DNA from: Pristiophorus japonicus
Taxonomy: Eukaryota
Direction: 5' to 3'
Assembly: GCF_044704955.1 (NCBI RefSeq)
Contig: NC_091995.1
Coordinates: 5,084,001-5,148,000, forward strand
Length of the DNA: 64,000 bases
The notes beneath the pieces are model-generated. The model had not been told where the DNA came from. It did no database searches and saw only the letters and a list, made by a program, of their open reading frames with translations. Of the stretch, positions 13,888 through 27,236 are shown in pieces (position 1 is the first letter of the stretch; each line of letters starts with the position of its first letter). The position numbers were made by a program, and so were the translations under genes.

Positions 13888-13957
13888 CCCAGCCACCGCT
13901 CAGCAGGTTCCCGGGGAAGAAGCGACTGTCCAGCTCACTCACCAAACCCGTTGCCAT
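13888..13957 (-). CDS. Putative first coding exon MATGLVSELDSRFFPGNLLSGGW, unidentified gene
   Basis: gtcATGG Kozak context, G|gtaag donor, near-identical inverted copy at 46190-46259; phase matches the HOOK-like exon. Confidence 0.5.
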
Positions 13958-13994
13958 GACGCCCTGGCTCCCCCCGAGTGAATAATAACAAGAA

Positions 13995-14445
13995 GAGAGT
14001 GGGGGGGTAAGAGAGAGAGAGAGCGGGGGAGTGAGAGTGAGAGAGCGGGGGGAGGGGGGGGTAAGAGAGAGAGAGCGCAGGGCGGGGGGGGGAGGGTGAG
14101 AGAGAGCGGGGCAGTAGGGGGAGAGAGAGCGCGGGGGGGGAGGGGGGAGACAGAGAGGGGGGTGTGAGGGGGGAGACAGAGAGCGGGGGGGGGAGACAGA
14201 GAGCGGGGGGGTGAGACAGAGAGTGTGGGGGGGGAACAGAGAGTGGGGGGGGGCGGGACAGAGAGCGGGGGTGGGAGGGGGGAGACAGAGAGCGGGGGGG
14301 GAGACAGAGAGTGGGGGGGGAGACAGAGAGTGGGGGGGGGGAGACAGAGAGCGGGGGGGGAGGGAGACAGAGAGCGGGGGGGGAGGACAGAGAGTGGGGG
14401 GGGGGAGGACAGAGAGCGGGGGTGGGGGGGTAGGGGGAGAGAGAG
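13995..14445. repeat. G-rich purine tract, (G)n-AGACAGAGAGC units
   Basis: Many G6-G10 runs separated by agacagagagc/t. Confidence 0.9.
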
Positions 14446-15194
14446 TCAACCCGAGGAGAGACAGTGATGTGGCTGCCCCCGATGCCTGAAATGTGATCCA
14501 ACCCAATTACTGTTTCAACTACAATCATAGAATCTCACATCACAGGAGGAGACCATTCGGCCCGCAGTGCCTGTGCCGGGTCTGGGAAAAAGCTGTCCCA
14601 TTCACTCCCACACTCCAGCTTTTAGTTCCCTTGAAGAACATGTCCAATTGCCTGAGGAACGTTCCTGTGAATCTGCTTCCACCGCCCTTTCGGGGAGTGC
14701 ATTCCAGATCATAACAACCCTCTGTGGGAAACAATTGATTCTCAGTTCCCCTCTCGTTCTTTTGCCAATTATTTTCAATCTATGACCTCTGGTTAGAGAA
14801 CACTTGCCCGAGGAAACTGTTTCTCCTCATCTCCTCCATTAAAACCTCTCAATTTTAATACCACCATTAAACCTGCCCTAACCTTCTTGAGGCTATCCCT
14901 AACTTGTTGTAGACTCTGTGACTGTGTTAAGCCTGTGGATGTTTACTCTCTATAATGTTTCGAATCTTTAAACTTCAGTAAGATCACCCCAACCTCTCCC
15001 TTATCCAGGGCAAAGGCTCCCTGATTCTGCAGCCTCTTCTCTTGACTAAGGTGCCCATTTCCACCTATTGGATTAATTGGCCTTTAACACATGCTCTCCA
15101 ATGCCTGCATGTCTTCCTGATAATATGTTGATCAAAATGTTACCCAGAACTTCAGATGGGGCCAAACTGCTGGTCTCTACAAATTCAGTCTCAC

Positions 15195-15937
15195 ATCCTG
15201 AGACCCGTGCTCCCTCCCTCTGGTTACACAGATCCTGAGACCCGTGCTCTATCCCTCTGGTTACACAGATCCTGAGACATGTGCTCTATCCCTCTGGTTA
15301 CACAGATCCTGAGACCCGTGCCTCTATCCCTCTGGTTACACAGATCCTGAGACCCATGCTCTATCCCTCTGGTTACACAGATCCTGAGACACGTGCTCTA
15401 TCCCTCTGGTTACACAGATCCTGAGACCCGTGCCTCTATCCCTCTGGTTACACAGATCCTGAGACCCGTGCTCTATCCCTCTGGTTACACAGATCCTGAG
15501 ACCCGTGCTCTATCCCTCTGGTTACACAGATCCTGAGACCCGTGCTCTATCCCTCTGGTTACACAGATCCTGAGAACCGTGCTCTATCCCTCTGGTTACA
15601 CAGATCCTGAGACCTGTGCTCTATCCCTCTGGTTACACAGATCCTGAGACACGTGCTCTATCCCTCTGGTTACATAAATCCTGAGACCCGTGCTCTATCC
15701 CTCTGGTTACACAGATCCTGAGACCCGTGCTCTATCCCTCTGGTTATACAGATACTGAGAACCGAGCTCTATCCCTCTGGTTACACAGATCCTGAGACCC
15801 GTGCTCTATCCCTCTGGTTACACAGATCCTGAGACCCGTGCTCTATCCCTCTGGTTACACAGATCCTGAGACCCGTGCTCTATCCCTCTGGTTACACAGA
15901 TCCTGAGACCCGTGCTCTATCCCTCTTGTTATACACA
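15195..15937. repeat. 37-bp minisatellite, about 20 copies
   Basis: Unit atcctgagacccgtgctctatccctctggttacacag; period 37 (15231 to 15268). Confidence 0.97.
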
Positions 15938-16137
15938 CCCCTTTACTGCTCTGGCTCACAGTGCTGATGGCGTTAGACACTTACCCAGAGGGACCCACAA
16001 GAAAGCAAAATATGAAAATGTTGAGACTCCCGGGGATTAACAACCGACAGGGGTGATCATTTAATCTCGGGTCTGGGAGGCATTTAGCCACTTCTCATCT
16101 GGATTTATAAATCAGGAAAGGAATATAACAGATTTAC

Positions 16138-16373
16138 CGGGGTTAATGGCGTCTATCATTTCTCTCCACGTTATGTACTGTAAAGGGCCATTGAAGTCTC
16201 CGATAGACAGGTCGCAAATGCTACTGACAGCTTGTTATCTTCATCACTAATCCTATAAATATTAAACATTTGATGTTATAATTTGACCAAAAATACTTTT
16301 TGAGTTATTTTCACAAACTGTGCAGAGTTTCAGTAAAGAGCATGTCCTACCTCCTCTTCCGTCGAGGTTTCTC
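16138..16373 (-). pseudogene. TRIM exon 4 (16351-16373) and exon 5 (16138-16252), pseudogene
   Basis: 23-bp exon EKPRRKR plus exon 5 [27 protein letters not shown], which is 115 bp versus 116 bp in the intact paralog (frameshift); no B30.2 exon found downstream. Confidence 0.8.
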
Positions 16374-16456
16374 CTGAAATAAATAAAACACAAATCTGAG
16401 TTGACAGAGCCTGACCGTCTATATCCGGACAGCAGAAATTACACCCAGATTGTGAC

Positions 16457-19400
16457 ATAGAAACATAGAAAATAGGTGCAGCAGTAGGCCATTCGGCCCT
16501 TCGAGCCTGCACCACCATTCAATAAGATCATGGCTGATAATTGACCTCAGTACCCCTTTCCTGCTTTCTCTCCATACGCCTTGATCCCCTTAGCCGTAAG
16601 GGCCATATCTAACTCCCTCTTAAATAGATCCAATGAACTGGTGCCAACAACTCTCTGCGGTAGGGATTGTCACAGGTTAACAACTCTCTGAGTGAAGAAG
16701 TTTCTCTTCATCTCAGTCCTAAATGGCTTACCCTTATCCTTAGACTGTGTCCCCTGGTTCTTGCCTTCCCCAACATCGGGAACATTCTTCCTGCATCTAA
16801 CCTGTACAGTCCCGTCAGAATTTTATATGTTTCTATGAGATCCACTCTCATCCTTCTAAACTCCAATGAATACAGGCCCAGTTGATCCAATCTCTCCTCA
16901 TATGTCAGTCCTGCCATCCCAGGAATCAGTCTGGTGAACCTTCGCTACACTCCCTCAATAGCAAGAACGTCCTTCCACAGATTAGGAGACCAAAACTGAA
17001 CACAATATTCCAGGTGAAGCCTCACCAAGGCACTGTACAACTGCAGTAAGACCTCCCTGCTCCTATACTCAAATCCCCTAGCTATGTAGGCCAACATACC
17101 ATTTGCCTTCTTCACCGCCTGCTGTACCTGCATGCAAACTTTCAATGACTGATGTACCATGACACCCAGGTCTCGTTGCACCTCCCCTTTTCCTAATCTT
17201 CCGCCATTCAGATAATATTCTGCCCCCAAAGTGGATAACTTCACATTTATCCACATTATACTGCATCTGCCATGCATTTGCCCATTCACCTAACCTGTCC
17301 AAGTCACTCTGTAGCCTCTTAGCGACCACCTCACAGCTCACACCGCCACCCAGTTTAGTGTCATCTGCAAACTTGGATATATTACACTCAATTCCTTCAT
17401 CCAAATCATTGATGTATATTGTAAATAGCTGGGGTCCCAGCACTGAGCCCTGCAACATCCCACTAGTCACTGCCTGCCATTCTGAAAAGGACCCATTTAT
17501 CCTGACTCTCTGCTTCCTGTCTGCCAACCAGTTCTCTATCCACGTCAGTACATTACCCCCAATATCATGTGCTTTAATTTTGCACAGCAATCTCTTGTGT
17601 GGGACCTTGTCAAAAGCCTTTTGAAAGTCCAAATACATCACATCAACTGGTTCTCCCTTGCCCATTTTACTAGTTATACCCTCAAAAAATTCCAGAAGAT
17701 TTGTCAAGCATGATTTCCCTTTCATAAATCCATGCTGACTTGGACCGATCCTGTCCCTGCTTTCCAAATGCGCTGCTATTTCATCTTTAATAATTGATTC
17801 CAACATTTTCCCCACTACTGATGTCAGGCTAACCAGTCTGTAGTTACCCGTTTTCTCTCTCCCTCCTTTTTTAAAAAGTGGTGTTACAATAGCTACCCTC
17901 CAGTCCATAGGAACTGATCCATAGTCGAGAGACTGTTGGAAAATGATCACCAATGCATCCACTATTTCTAGGGCCACTTCCCTAAGTACTCTGGGATGCT
18001 GTAAGGTTCTGCAAAACCAACCATGGGGACATGTGGCAGGGAGAATGGGAAGATGCCATGTTTGAAATGACCAACTGCAGCCAACAGCCTGTAAACCGCG
18101 GAGGATGATGGGACTCTGGCCACCCTGTTCAGTAACAGACAGTGTTGCAGGGGCATGGAACCGGACGGAGGATGTGCCAGCTACCGCAAGGGGAAAGAGT
18201 GTACATTCGGTTCTTCCAGGAAAATGGTTACAAGGCAACTTTATATTTATAAAAGGACATTTCTCCAGCTTTTCGTGTAAAACCCTCACAGAAGAGGCAA
18301 CATGTCCAGGCAAAATCTCCCCAGTAATACACAAGGCAACACAAAGGGTATCAGTTTGAATAATTAAACAAAGGCCCACAGGTCTGATGCAATCATTTTG
18401 GACAGAGTGGCACCTCTGTCGAGATAGTGAACAATCATCTTCATTCACCCCATCAGCGAGCAACAGGATACAGGAGGTGTGGCTAATCTCCCATTCCAGA
18501 CAGATCGATACACATCGAACTGCCATTCACACCACATTTTATTCAAGGAAGACCCAGGACACTGGTATGCAGTTTTGGCGCAAAGATGAACGGACTATCA
18601 GAAAATCTGCAAAAACACACAAGGAGGTTGGAGGTTGGAGTCAGCTTTTTGCACTGAGTTGTAGAGTTGAGTTAAGAAGGTAGGAGTCAGTTTTCGTTGT
18701 GGTTGAGTTGAGTTAAAGAGGAGTTGAGTCAGCTCTTCACAGGGCCCTCGCTCTGGGGAAGGTGTGCTTAACTCCAGCAGCTTTTTGCTTAGGAGCCAAC
18801 CAAGAGGCAAATAGAAGAAACCGACGCAACATTGAGGAGGAAAACCGAACCGACCAACAACGTCAAACCCACCCCAGAGGGACCCGGAGCTGAAATAAGT
18901 GACCCCCAGAACCCGGGAGTTGATAGGATTGTGAGTATAGCCCAAACACCCTCACAGACTCAATTTAGGATAGGAATTGGAAGTGGGAGGTGGGGTTGTG
19001 TGTGGATGGAATGTTTCAAACTCTTATCTTCCCCTTCCCTGTTGCGAGAATTTTTTGTGTTGTTGAGTGAGATTGTGCTATTACTACTATTTACGACCTC
19101 TTCCTATGCCCTCTATCTTTGTGTTTACTATTCTAAATAAACAACATTAGACATTTTGCACTCTTACCCACTGTGTCTGGTGCCTCGTTACTCACCCATC
19201 CTCATAAATCGTACGTACAGAACCTCAGGGGAGTGTGGATTCGAACCCACGCCCCAAGCTCCCCTTACAGATGCAGACTATCAGGCCCCGGGGATTTATC
19301 GGCCTTCAATCCGATCAATTTCCCTAATACAATTTCCCGCCTAATAAGGATATCCTTCAGTTCCTCCTTCTCACTAGAGACTCGGCCCCCGACTACTGCT

Positions 19401-21552
19401 GGAAGGTTATTTGTATCTTCCTTCGTGAAGACAGAACCAAAGTATTTATTCAACTGGTCTGCCATTTCTTTGTTCCCCATTCTAAATTCACCGGAATCTG
19501 ATTGCAAAGGACCTATGTTTGTCTTCACTAATCTTTTTATCTTCACATAGCTATAGAAGCTTTTGCAGTCAGTTTTTATGTTCCCAGCAAGCTTCCTCTC
19601 ATACTCTATTTCCCTCCTCCTAATTAAACTCTTTGTCCTCTCTGCTGAATTCTAAATTTCTCCCAGTCCTCAGGTTTGCTGCTTTTTCTGGCTAATTTAT
19701 ATGCCTCTTCCTTGGATTTATCACTATCCTTAATTTCCCTTGTTAGCCACGGTTGAGCCACCTTCCCCGTTTTATTTTTACTCCAGACAAGGATGTACAA
19801 TTGTTGAAGTTCAACATGTGATCTTTAAATATTTGCCATTGCCTATCCGCTGTCAACCCTTTAAGTATCATTTGCAAGTCTATTCTAGCCAATTCACGTC
19901 TCATACCATCGAAGTTACCTTTCCTTAAGTTCAGGACCTTAGTCTCTGAATTAACTGTGTCACTCTCCATCTTAATAAAGAATTCTACCATATTATGGTC
20001 ACTCTTCCCCAAAGAGCCTCGCACAACAAGATTGCTAATTAGTCCTTTCTCATTACACATCACCCAGTCTAGGATGGCCAGCCTTCTAGTTGGTTCCTCG
20101 ACATAGTGGTCCAGAAAACCATCCCTAATACACTCCAGGAAATCCTCCTCCACCTTATTGCTACCAGTTTGGTTAGCCCAATCTATATGTAGATTAAAGT
20201 CGCCCATGATAACTATTGTACATTTATTACACGCATCCCTAATTTCTTGTTTGATGCTGTCCCCAACCTCACTACTACTGTTTGGTGGTCTGTACACAAC
20301 TCCCACTTTGGTATTCCGCAGCTCCACCCATACAGATTCCACATCAACCAGGCAAATGTCCTTCCTTACCATTGCGTTAAGTTCCTCCTTAACCAGCAGC
20401 GCTACCCCACCTCCTTTTCCCTCCTGTCTATCCTTCCTGAATGTTGAATACCCCTGGATGTTGAGTTCCCAGCCTTGGTCACCCTGGAGCCATGTCTCTG
20501 TGATGCCAATTATATCATATTCGTTAATTGCTGCCTGTGCAGTTAATTCTTCCACCTTATTACGAATACTCCTCGCATTGAGACACAGAGCCTTCAGGCT
20601 TGTCTTTTTTTAACATACTTTGCCCATTTAGAATTTTGCTGCAATGTGGCCCTTTTTGATTTTTGCCTTGGGTTTCTCTGCCCTCCACTTTTACTTTTCT
20701 TCTTTCTATCTTTTGCTTCTGCCCCCATTCTACTTCCCTCTGTCTCCCTGCATAGGTTCCCATCCCCCTGCCATATTAGTTTAACTCCTCCCCAACAGCA
20801 CTAGCAAACACTCCCCATAGGACATTGGTTCCGGTCCTGTCCAGGTGGAGACCGTCCGGTTTGTACTGGTCCCACCTCCCCCAGAACCAGATCCAATATC
20901 CCAGGAATTTGAATACCTCCCTTCTGCACCACTCCTCAAGCCACGTATTCATCGGAGCTATCCTGCGATTCCTACTGTGACTCGCACGCGGCACTGGTAG
21001 CAATCCTGAGATTACTATCTTTGAGATCCTACTTTTTAATTTAACTCCTAGCTCCCTAAATTCAGTTTGTAGGACCTTGTCCCGTTTTTTAACTATATCG
21101 TTGGTACGTACATGCACCACGACAACTGGCTGTTCACCCTCCCCCTTCAAAATGTCCTGCAACCGCTCCGAGACATCCTTGACCCTTGCACCAGGGAGGC
21201 AACATACCATCCTGGAGTCTCGATTGCGGCCGCAGAACCGTCTATCTGTTCCCCTTACAATAGAATCCCCTACCACTATAGCTCTCCCACTCTTTTTCCT
21301 GCCCTCCTGTGCAGCAGAACCACCCATGGTGCCATGGACTTGGCTGCAGCTGCCCTGATGAGTCATCCCGGCCAACAGTACCCAAAGCGGTGTATCTGTT
21401 TTGGAGTGGGATGACCGCAGGGGACTTCTGCACTACCTTCCTTCCACTGCTCTTCCTGTTGGTCATCCATTCCCTATCTGTCTGTGTAACCCTTACCTGT
21501 GGTAAGACCAACTCACTAAGCATGCTATTCATGGCAGCCTCAGCATCGCGGA
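16457..21552 (-). mobile_element. Near full-length CR1 LINE (ORF1 SGNH esterase, ORF2 APE-RT)
   Basis: ORF1 VVGDSIVRG..GLHL (20776-21375), APE (19743-20555), RT KFADDTKL, (catagaaa)n tail. Confidence 0.95.
18000..19269. mobile_element. Solo LTR (1270 bp) inserted in CR1
   Basis: Termini TGTAAGG...CCTTACA; 5-bp TSD GATGC (17995-17999, 19270-19274); CR1 sequence continues on both sides; AATAAA near 19136. Confidence 0.85.
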
Positions 21553-21759
21553 GGCCCCAGAGGGGTGGATAATCCAAATTCCCACTGCTGCAGATACACA
21601 GGTTTAAAAAGGATAGAACGGCCCTTTTCATTATATATCAATGACCTAGACTTGGGTTCAGGGAGCTCCAATGAAACGTGACACAAAATTTGAAAATGTA
21701 GTAAACAGTGAGGAGGATTGTAGCAGACTCTGGGAGGGCAGTGACAGACTGGTGAAATG

Positions 21760-24700
21760 GGAGGAGATCTACACCTCCCTCCCCTCCAAGACACCGCGCG
21801 AAGAAACCACCGCCCTAGTTGACACTGACCGAGAGGAGGAAGGGCAGTCTGCCACGGCAAACCGCCAGACACTAACACCCAGCAGTGAAACTCCCCCCAC
21901 CCCGAGACACCGAGTCCATGGAAGAGGAGGGAGCAGAAGCAGAAGAGGAACAGGAATGGCAGCGTGTCACCAGGAAGGCGGCGGCCCGCAAGTCAAAGGA
22001 AAAGAGGCCTCCTGCAGAAACGAGAGGCAAAAGACGGCTACCGTCCACGACGGACAGCAGTGGCTGCAGCTCTTCCGATGACGAAGGGCGAGGCAAAAGC
22101 CCCCACCACCAGCAGAAAAGGCAAAACGCCAATGTGACCAGCGCAGTCCAGCTCCGGGACCTCGGGAGCAGTGATGTCACCGATCACCCCTGCTCCGGAT
22201 TTCCGGGAGCGACGAAGCTACCAATGCACCCCGGCTCCGGATCTCCGGGAGCGATGAAGCGACAGATGCACCCCAGCTCCAGAACGCTGTGAGCGACGAC
22301 AGCACAGGGGATGCACACAAGGAACAACCAACACCAGGCAAGGGCAGTCCAGTTGACATGGAGGACCCCCCTGTCCACACTGCTGGCGTCTCCTGATCGA
22401 ACCATCCCCAAGGCAGAGGACAACCCATATCTCAGCCAAGGTGCAGTAGAAGAGTTTAAAACTAATATGTATACGGGAACAGGCCACAGGGCCAAAGGAC
22501 TGCGTGTTCGAAATGTAATGTTTGGATTGTAATCACCAATTTAAAAATGGGTTTAAAGATTGCATCCATCATCGTGCGGAGCATTAAGTCGACTACGCAA
22601 TGTGTTTCCACCTTGGGGTACCTCGCCAAGGTCAAGGCAGACCTGCTATTCTTGCAGGAGTTCAGCAGTTACCGGCAGTGGTTGCAATTATGGTTCCATG
22701 GACCATCCGTCTGGTCAGGAGGCAAGGATTGCCGTTCCTCCGGTCTGGGCATTCTGCTGCGGGGAGGCCACTTCACCATCACCGAAGTTAAGGAGGTGGT
22801 GGGCGGCCGCCTCCTCATAGCAGATGTATTGTATAAAAATGTTCCTCTCAGGCTAATTAACGTGTATGACTTGCCTCTCAGAAGCGAGCGGCTGGCCCTC
22901 CTCCAGCAGCTCCCACTGCTGCTGGCGACATCCAGACCGGTCATCCAGACTCCTGATCGACGCGGTAAAAGATGCCAAGCTGTGCGACATCTTCAGCAAC
23001 CCTGCAGATGGAGCACCGCGCAGATACACCTGGTCGAGACCAGACGGGTCCGTCCATTCCAGAATAGACTTCCTGTTTGTGTCCCACACGCTCAAGGTCA
23101 GATCCACCGACGTCACGCCGATGGTCTTCTCTGACCACTGCCTCCTACTGGCCGACTGCCTCCTACAGGAAGAGCAGAAAGTTGGCAGGGGGATATGGAA
23201 GCTCAACGTGAAACTGTTGACCCCGGAAAACATTGAGGAACTCAAGAGGGATTACAAAGGTTAGAGAACCGTAAAGCCCCTCTGTGATTCAATCAAGACA
23301 AACATCAAGAGGTTCTTCATCCTCAAAGGTGTTCAGGAGGCGAGAGGGAGACAGGGGGAATTGTCCCTACTCCAGAAGTGTATGCAAAACCTGCTCCTGC
23401 TGCAGCCGATGGGGGGCGATGTCACAGAGGAACTCCAAGAGGTGAAGGACCAGCAAGCCTGGCTCTTTGCCTCAGAGTCCTCCAAAATCATCTTCCGCTC
23501 CAGAGTCTGCTCCGTCGAGCAGGATTAGACGTGTTCACGTTTCTTCTTCCAAAAGGTACACAGGGGGAGCTCTGTGATCACTAGCCTAAAGGAAGAAACT
23601 GATTCTGTGACGTCTTCTGCAGTTCGACATGTTGAGGATCAGCAAATCCTTCTATGCCGGGCTGTAAGACGTCAAGCCCACAGACCGCACGGCCTCCCAG
23701 TCTTTCCTGTCGTCTAGGTCTTAGAGGTCTTAGACGACAGCGAGCGGGAGAGTCTGGACCACCCGCTAACTCTGGACGAGCTGACAAAGACTGTCCGGTC
23801 CCTCGCGACGAGTAAAACTCCCGGAAGCGACGGCTCACCAGTCGAGTTGTATTCGGCTCTGTGGGACTGAATGGGCCCAGACCTGCTGGAAGTGTACGAG
23901 GGTATGCTTCTGGCCAGCAGCATGTCAGAATCAATGAGGAAAGGCATCATCACCATCATCTACAAGCAGAAGGGGGAGAGGGAGGAAATCAAAAACTGGC
24001 GGCCCATTTCGCTGCTCAATGTGGACTACAAGATCCTGTTGAAGGTCATCACAAACAGGGTCAAGTCTGCTCTGGAGCTGGTGATCCACCCGGACCAGAC
24101 CTGCGCTGGCCCGGCAGGAAGATCTCTGATAGCCTCGCGCTACTCAAGGATACGATCGCCTAAGTGCGGGACAGGAGGGTGGACACCTGTTTAATCAGCT
24201 TGGACCAGGAGAAGGCCTTTGACAGATATCGCACACATACCTGATGAACGTGCTCTCCAAAGTGGGATTTGGGGAGGATATCCGCAATTGGATCCAACTG
24301 CTCTACACAGACATCACTAGGTCAGTTCTAATCAACGGGTGGGAAACTGAAAGCTTTCCGATCAGGTCTGGAGTCAGGCAAGGCTGTCCCCTCTCCTCTG
24401 TCTTGTTTGTGTGTTGTATCGAGCCCTTTGTCGAGTCCATCAGGAAGGATGCGGGCATTAGGGAGGTGACAATCCCAGGCAGTGGTGGCGCTCAGGTCAA
24501 GACCTCCCTGTACATGGACGATGTCACCGTCATTCTCGGATCCGCAGTCGGTCCGCAGATTGCTCACAATCTGTGGCCAGTTTGAACTGGCCTCGGGAGC
24601 GAAGGTAAATTGCAGCAAAAGCGAGGCCATGATCTTTGGAAGCTGGTCCGATGGATCCTTTATTCCCTTCACCGTGATGTCAGATTACCTGAAGGTTTTG

Positions 24701-26246
24701 GGAATATGGTTCGGAGCGGATGGGGTGTGTGTCAAAAACTGAAAGGAGCATATCGCTAAAGCGAAACATAAACTGGGATGGTGGAAGCTGCGCTCACTCT
24801 CCATTGCAGGAAAGAACCTGGTCACCAGGAGTGAGGTACTCTCGGTGGCGCAGGTCTAGCCCAGAGCGGTCTTCCATTTCATCTGGAGATCGAAAATGAA
24901 CCGTGTCCGCAGAGACACGATGTAGAAATCTCTGGACAAGGGGGAAAAAGGACACTCCGAACATGGCCCTCATCCTGATGGCCACCTTTGTGTGCAGCTG
25001 CATCAATCTGTGCTGAGATTCTATCTGTCCCCGGTGTTGCGAAGGATGGGTCTGGCTAGGCTGTCGTGGAACGCTCCAGCCAGTTGGACCATGCATCAGC
25101 ACCTGTCCTTCGTGGAAAAGTTTTTCAAGAAAATCACCTTTGACCACAAGACCATAAAGCAGTGGTTGACACGCAAGATCCTGGACGCCCTACAAAAGGA
25201 GATGATGGATCCTGTCGGACGGTTCCCCGAGCAGACTGTCGAACTCATTTGGCAGAATGTCTCAACGCCAGAACTTTCACACAAGCACCAAGACATAGCT
25301 TGGTTGGCGGTGAGAAGGGCCCTACCCGTCAGATCCTTCATGCACAGCCGGGGTTTCAGAGACACGGCACTCTGCCCCCGAGTTGGCTGTGGTGCGGACG
25401 AGACTGTCATCCATCTCCTTTGGGACTGCCCCTTTGCAAGGCACGTCTGGAAGGAGATGCAGTGGTTGCTGTCGAGGTTCATCACAAGCAGCTCTGTAAC
25501 ACAGGACTCTGTGCTCTGCGGACTGTTCCCAGGGACACACACCGAGACAGACATCATCTGCTGCTGGAGAGCCATCACCTCGGTGAATGACGCTCTTTGG
25601 TTTTCCCGAAACTTGCTGGTCTTCCAGAGCAAGGAGATATCCACGGTCGAGTGTTGTAGACTGGCGCAATCCAAGGTCCAGGAGTACGTGCTGAGGGACG
25701 CACTAAAGATTGGTGCAGTCGCCGCAAAGGCACGATGGGGAAGAGCCACAGTTTCAGGCCCTTCTGCCATGGTAAGCCCAAGGGATGGAATCAGACCCCC
25801 CTCGGGCTGTACTTATTAATCTGCTTGTATACATAGAGCACCATGTACTGAAAAACATCTGTGTTGTGCCATGTATAATTAAAGTCTCTGCACTGTTTAG
25901 TAAAGAAATGTAAATGTATCCCCATCCGGTCCATGTAATGCATTCATCTGTATAGTGCTACATGTAACGTGATCCGTGATTAGTATTGAAATGTATCCTG
26001 AAATCGAATGTAAACCTGTTCTCATCTGCTCCATGTAATACCCTCATTTGCAGAGTATTACATGTAGTGTGATTTACAGATTGTACTAAACTGCATCTTG
26101 AAATTAAATGCACGCTAGTGCATTGTATGGAACTGCTGTCAGCATCCAAATGAATTGTATGGAATTGCTGACTGCAAAGTACTGAGCTATTTTCCAATGT
26201 ATTGTGAAAATTTTAAATGAATAAAGTATATCTTTGGAAAAAAAAG
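21760..26246 (+). mobile_element. 5'-truncated L1/Tx1-clade LINE, degenerate
   Basis: ORF1 tail; ORF2 APE (LFLQE, SRIDFLF, FSDH), RT (WRPISLLNVDYK, SGVRQGCPLS, YMDD), C-terminal CPRVGC..H...C; AATAAA and A-tail at 26220-26246. Confidence 0.92.
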
Positions 26247-26401
26247 GTTCAAGAATGTGGCTAACCAACATCTTCTCAAGGGCATTTAGGGATGGGCAAT
26301 AAATACTGGCCTTGACAGCGATGCCCACATCCCTTGAACGAATAAAGAAAAACTTTTATTTTACCAAACGATGCAGAGTTTCAGTAAAGTGCATGTCCTA
26401 C

Positions 26402-26424
26402 CTCCGCTTCCGACAAGCTTCCTC
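26402..26424 (-). pseudogene. TRIM exon 4 (EEACRKR) of the pseudogene whose exons 2-3 lie at 45176-45598
   Basis: 23-bp exon with ttatttcag/gtagga sites; flanking intron matches 52200-52730. Confidence 0.8.
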
Positions 26425-27236
26425 CTGAAATAAATAAAACACAAACAGTGAGGAGGACAGTAAAAGACTTGAGCAGGATACAGACAGGCTGGTAAAATGA
26501 GCAGACAGAGGGCAGATAAACTTTAAACAGAGAACTGTGAAGTGATGCATTTTGGAATGAAGAATGAGGGGAACCAATGTAAACAAAATGATACAATGTT
26601 AAATGGGGTGCAGGAACAGAGAGACCTGGGGGATCACATTCACAAATCTTTAAGATAACTGGCAAAAAAAGAAAGTGTTTTATTTAAACAATGACTTGTG
26701 ATGAACTGGAATTAAGTGTGTGAAAGGGTGGAAGACGCAGATCTAACAGTAATTTTCAAAAGGGAATTAGAAATCGACTTGAAAAGGAAAAACAATGCAA
26801 GGATAAGGGGAAAGAGCAGGGGGAGTGGGACCAATTGCATATCTCTTTCAAAGAGCCATCCCGGGCACACAGGGTCTTTTGTGCTGCAGAATTCTGTGAT
26901 TGTAAGTAATCGAAAAGCGTGAGGAGGTGCGTCGCTGAGGCGTAAGTTCCGGGGTCGGCGAGAGGCCTATAAAGGCCCAACGCGGCGGTAGTCGGGAGCA
27001 GCGGGAGGAGGTGCGTCGTTGAGTCGGGAGCAGCGTGAGGAGGTGCGTGGAGAGGCTGCCGGTGCAGCTACAGGGAGAAGGCAAAAAAGTAGAAAGTAAC
27101 AGAAAGGTGACGTCACAGCCAAGGGGGTAAGTGATTGGCTGGTGATTGGTGAGTAGTTTTTCTTTTTTCTCTTCTGTATCAGTGAGTAAACTTTAGCATT
27201 GTTGTTGCCAATTTAAGTGTATCTAAGGGTTAAATC

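Noticed and set aside
13838-14528. Proline- or glycine-rich ORFs (also 49402-50034)
   Set aside because: Translations of G/C low-complexity tracts
15195-15937. CRISPR-like 37-bp repeats
   Set aside because: Head-to-tail units with no spacers, no cas genes, vertebrate context
17078-18526. 482-aa ORF suggesting a novel RT fusion protein
   Set aside because: Chance read-through from the solo LTR into the CR1 RT across the insertion junction
19222-19255. gagtgtggattcgaacccacgcc, resembling a reverse tRNA T-arm
   Set aside because: Too short for a cloverleaf; lies at the end of the solo LTR
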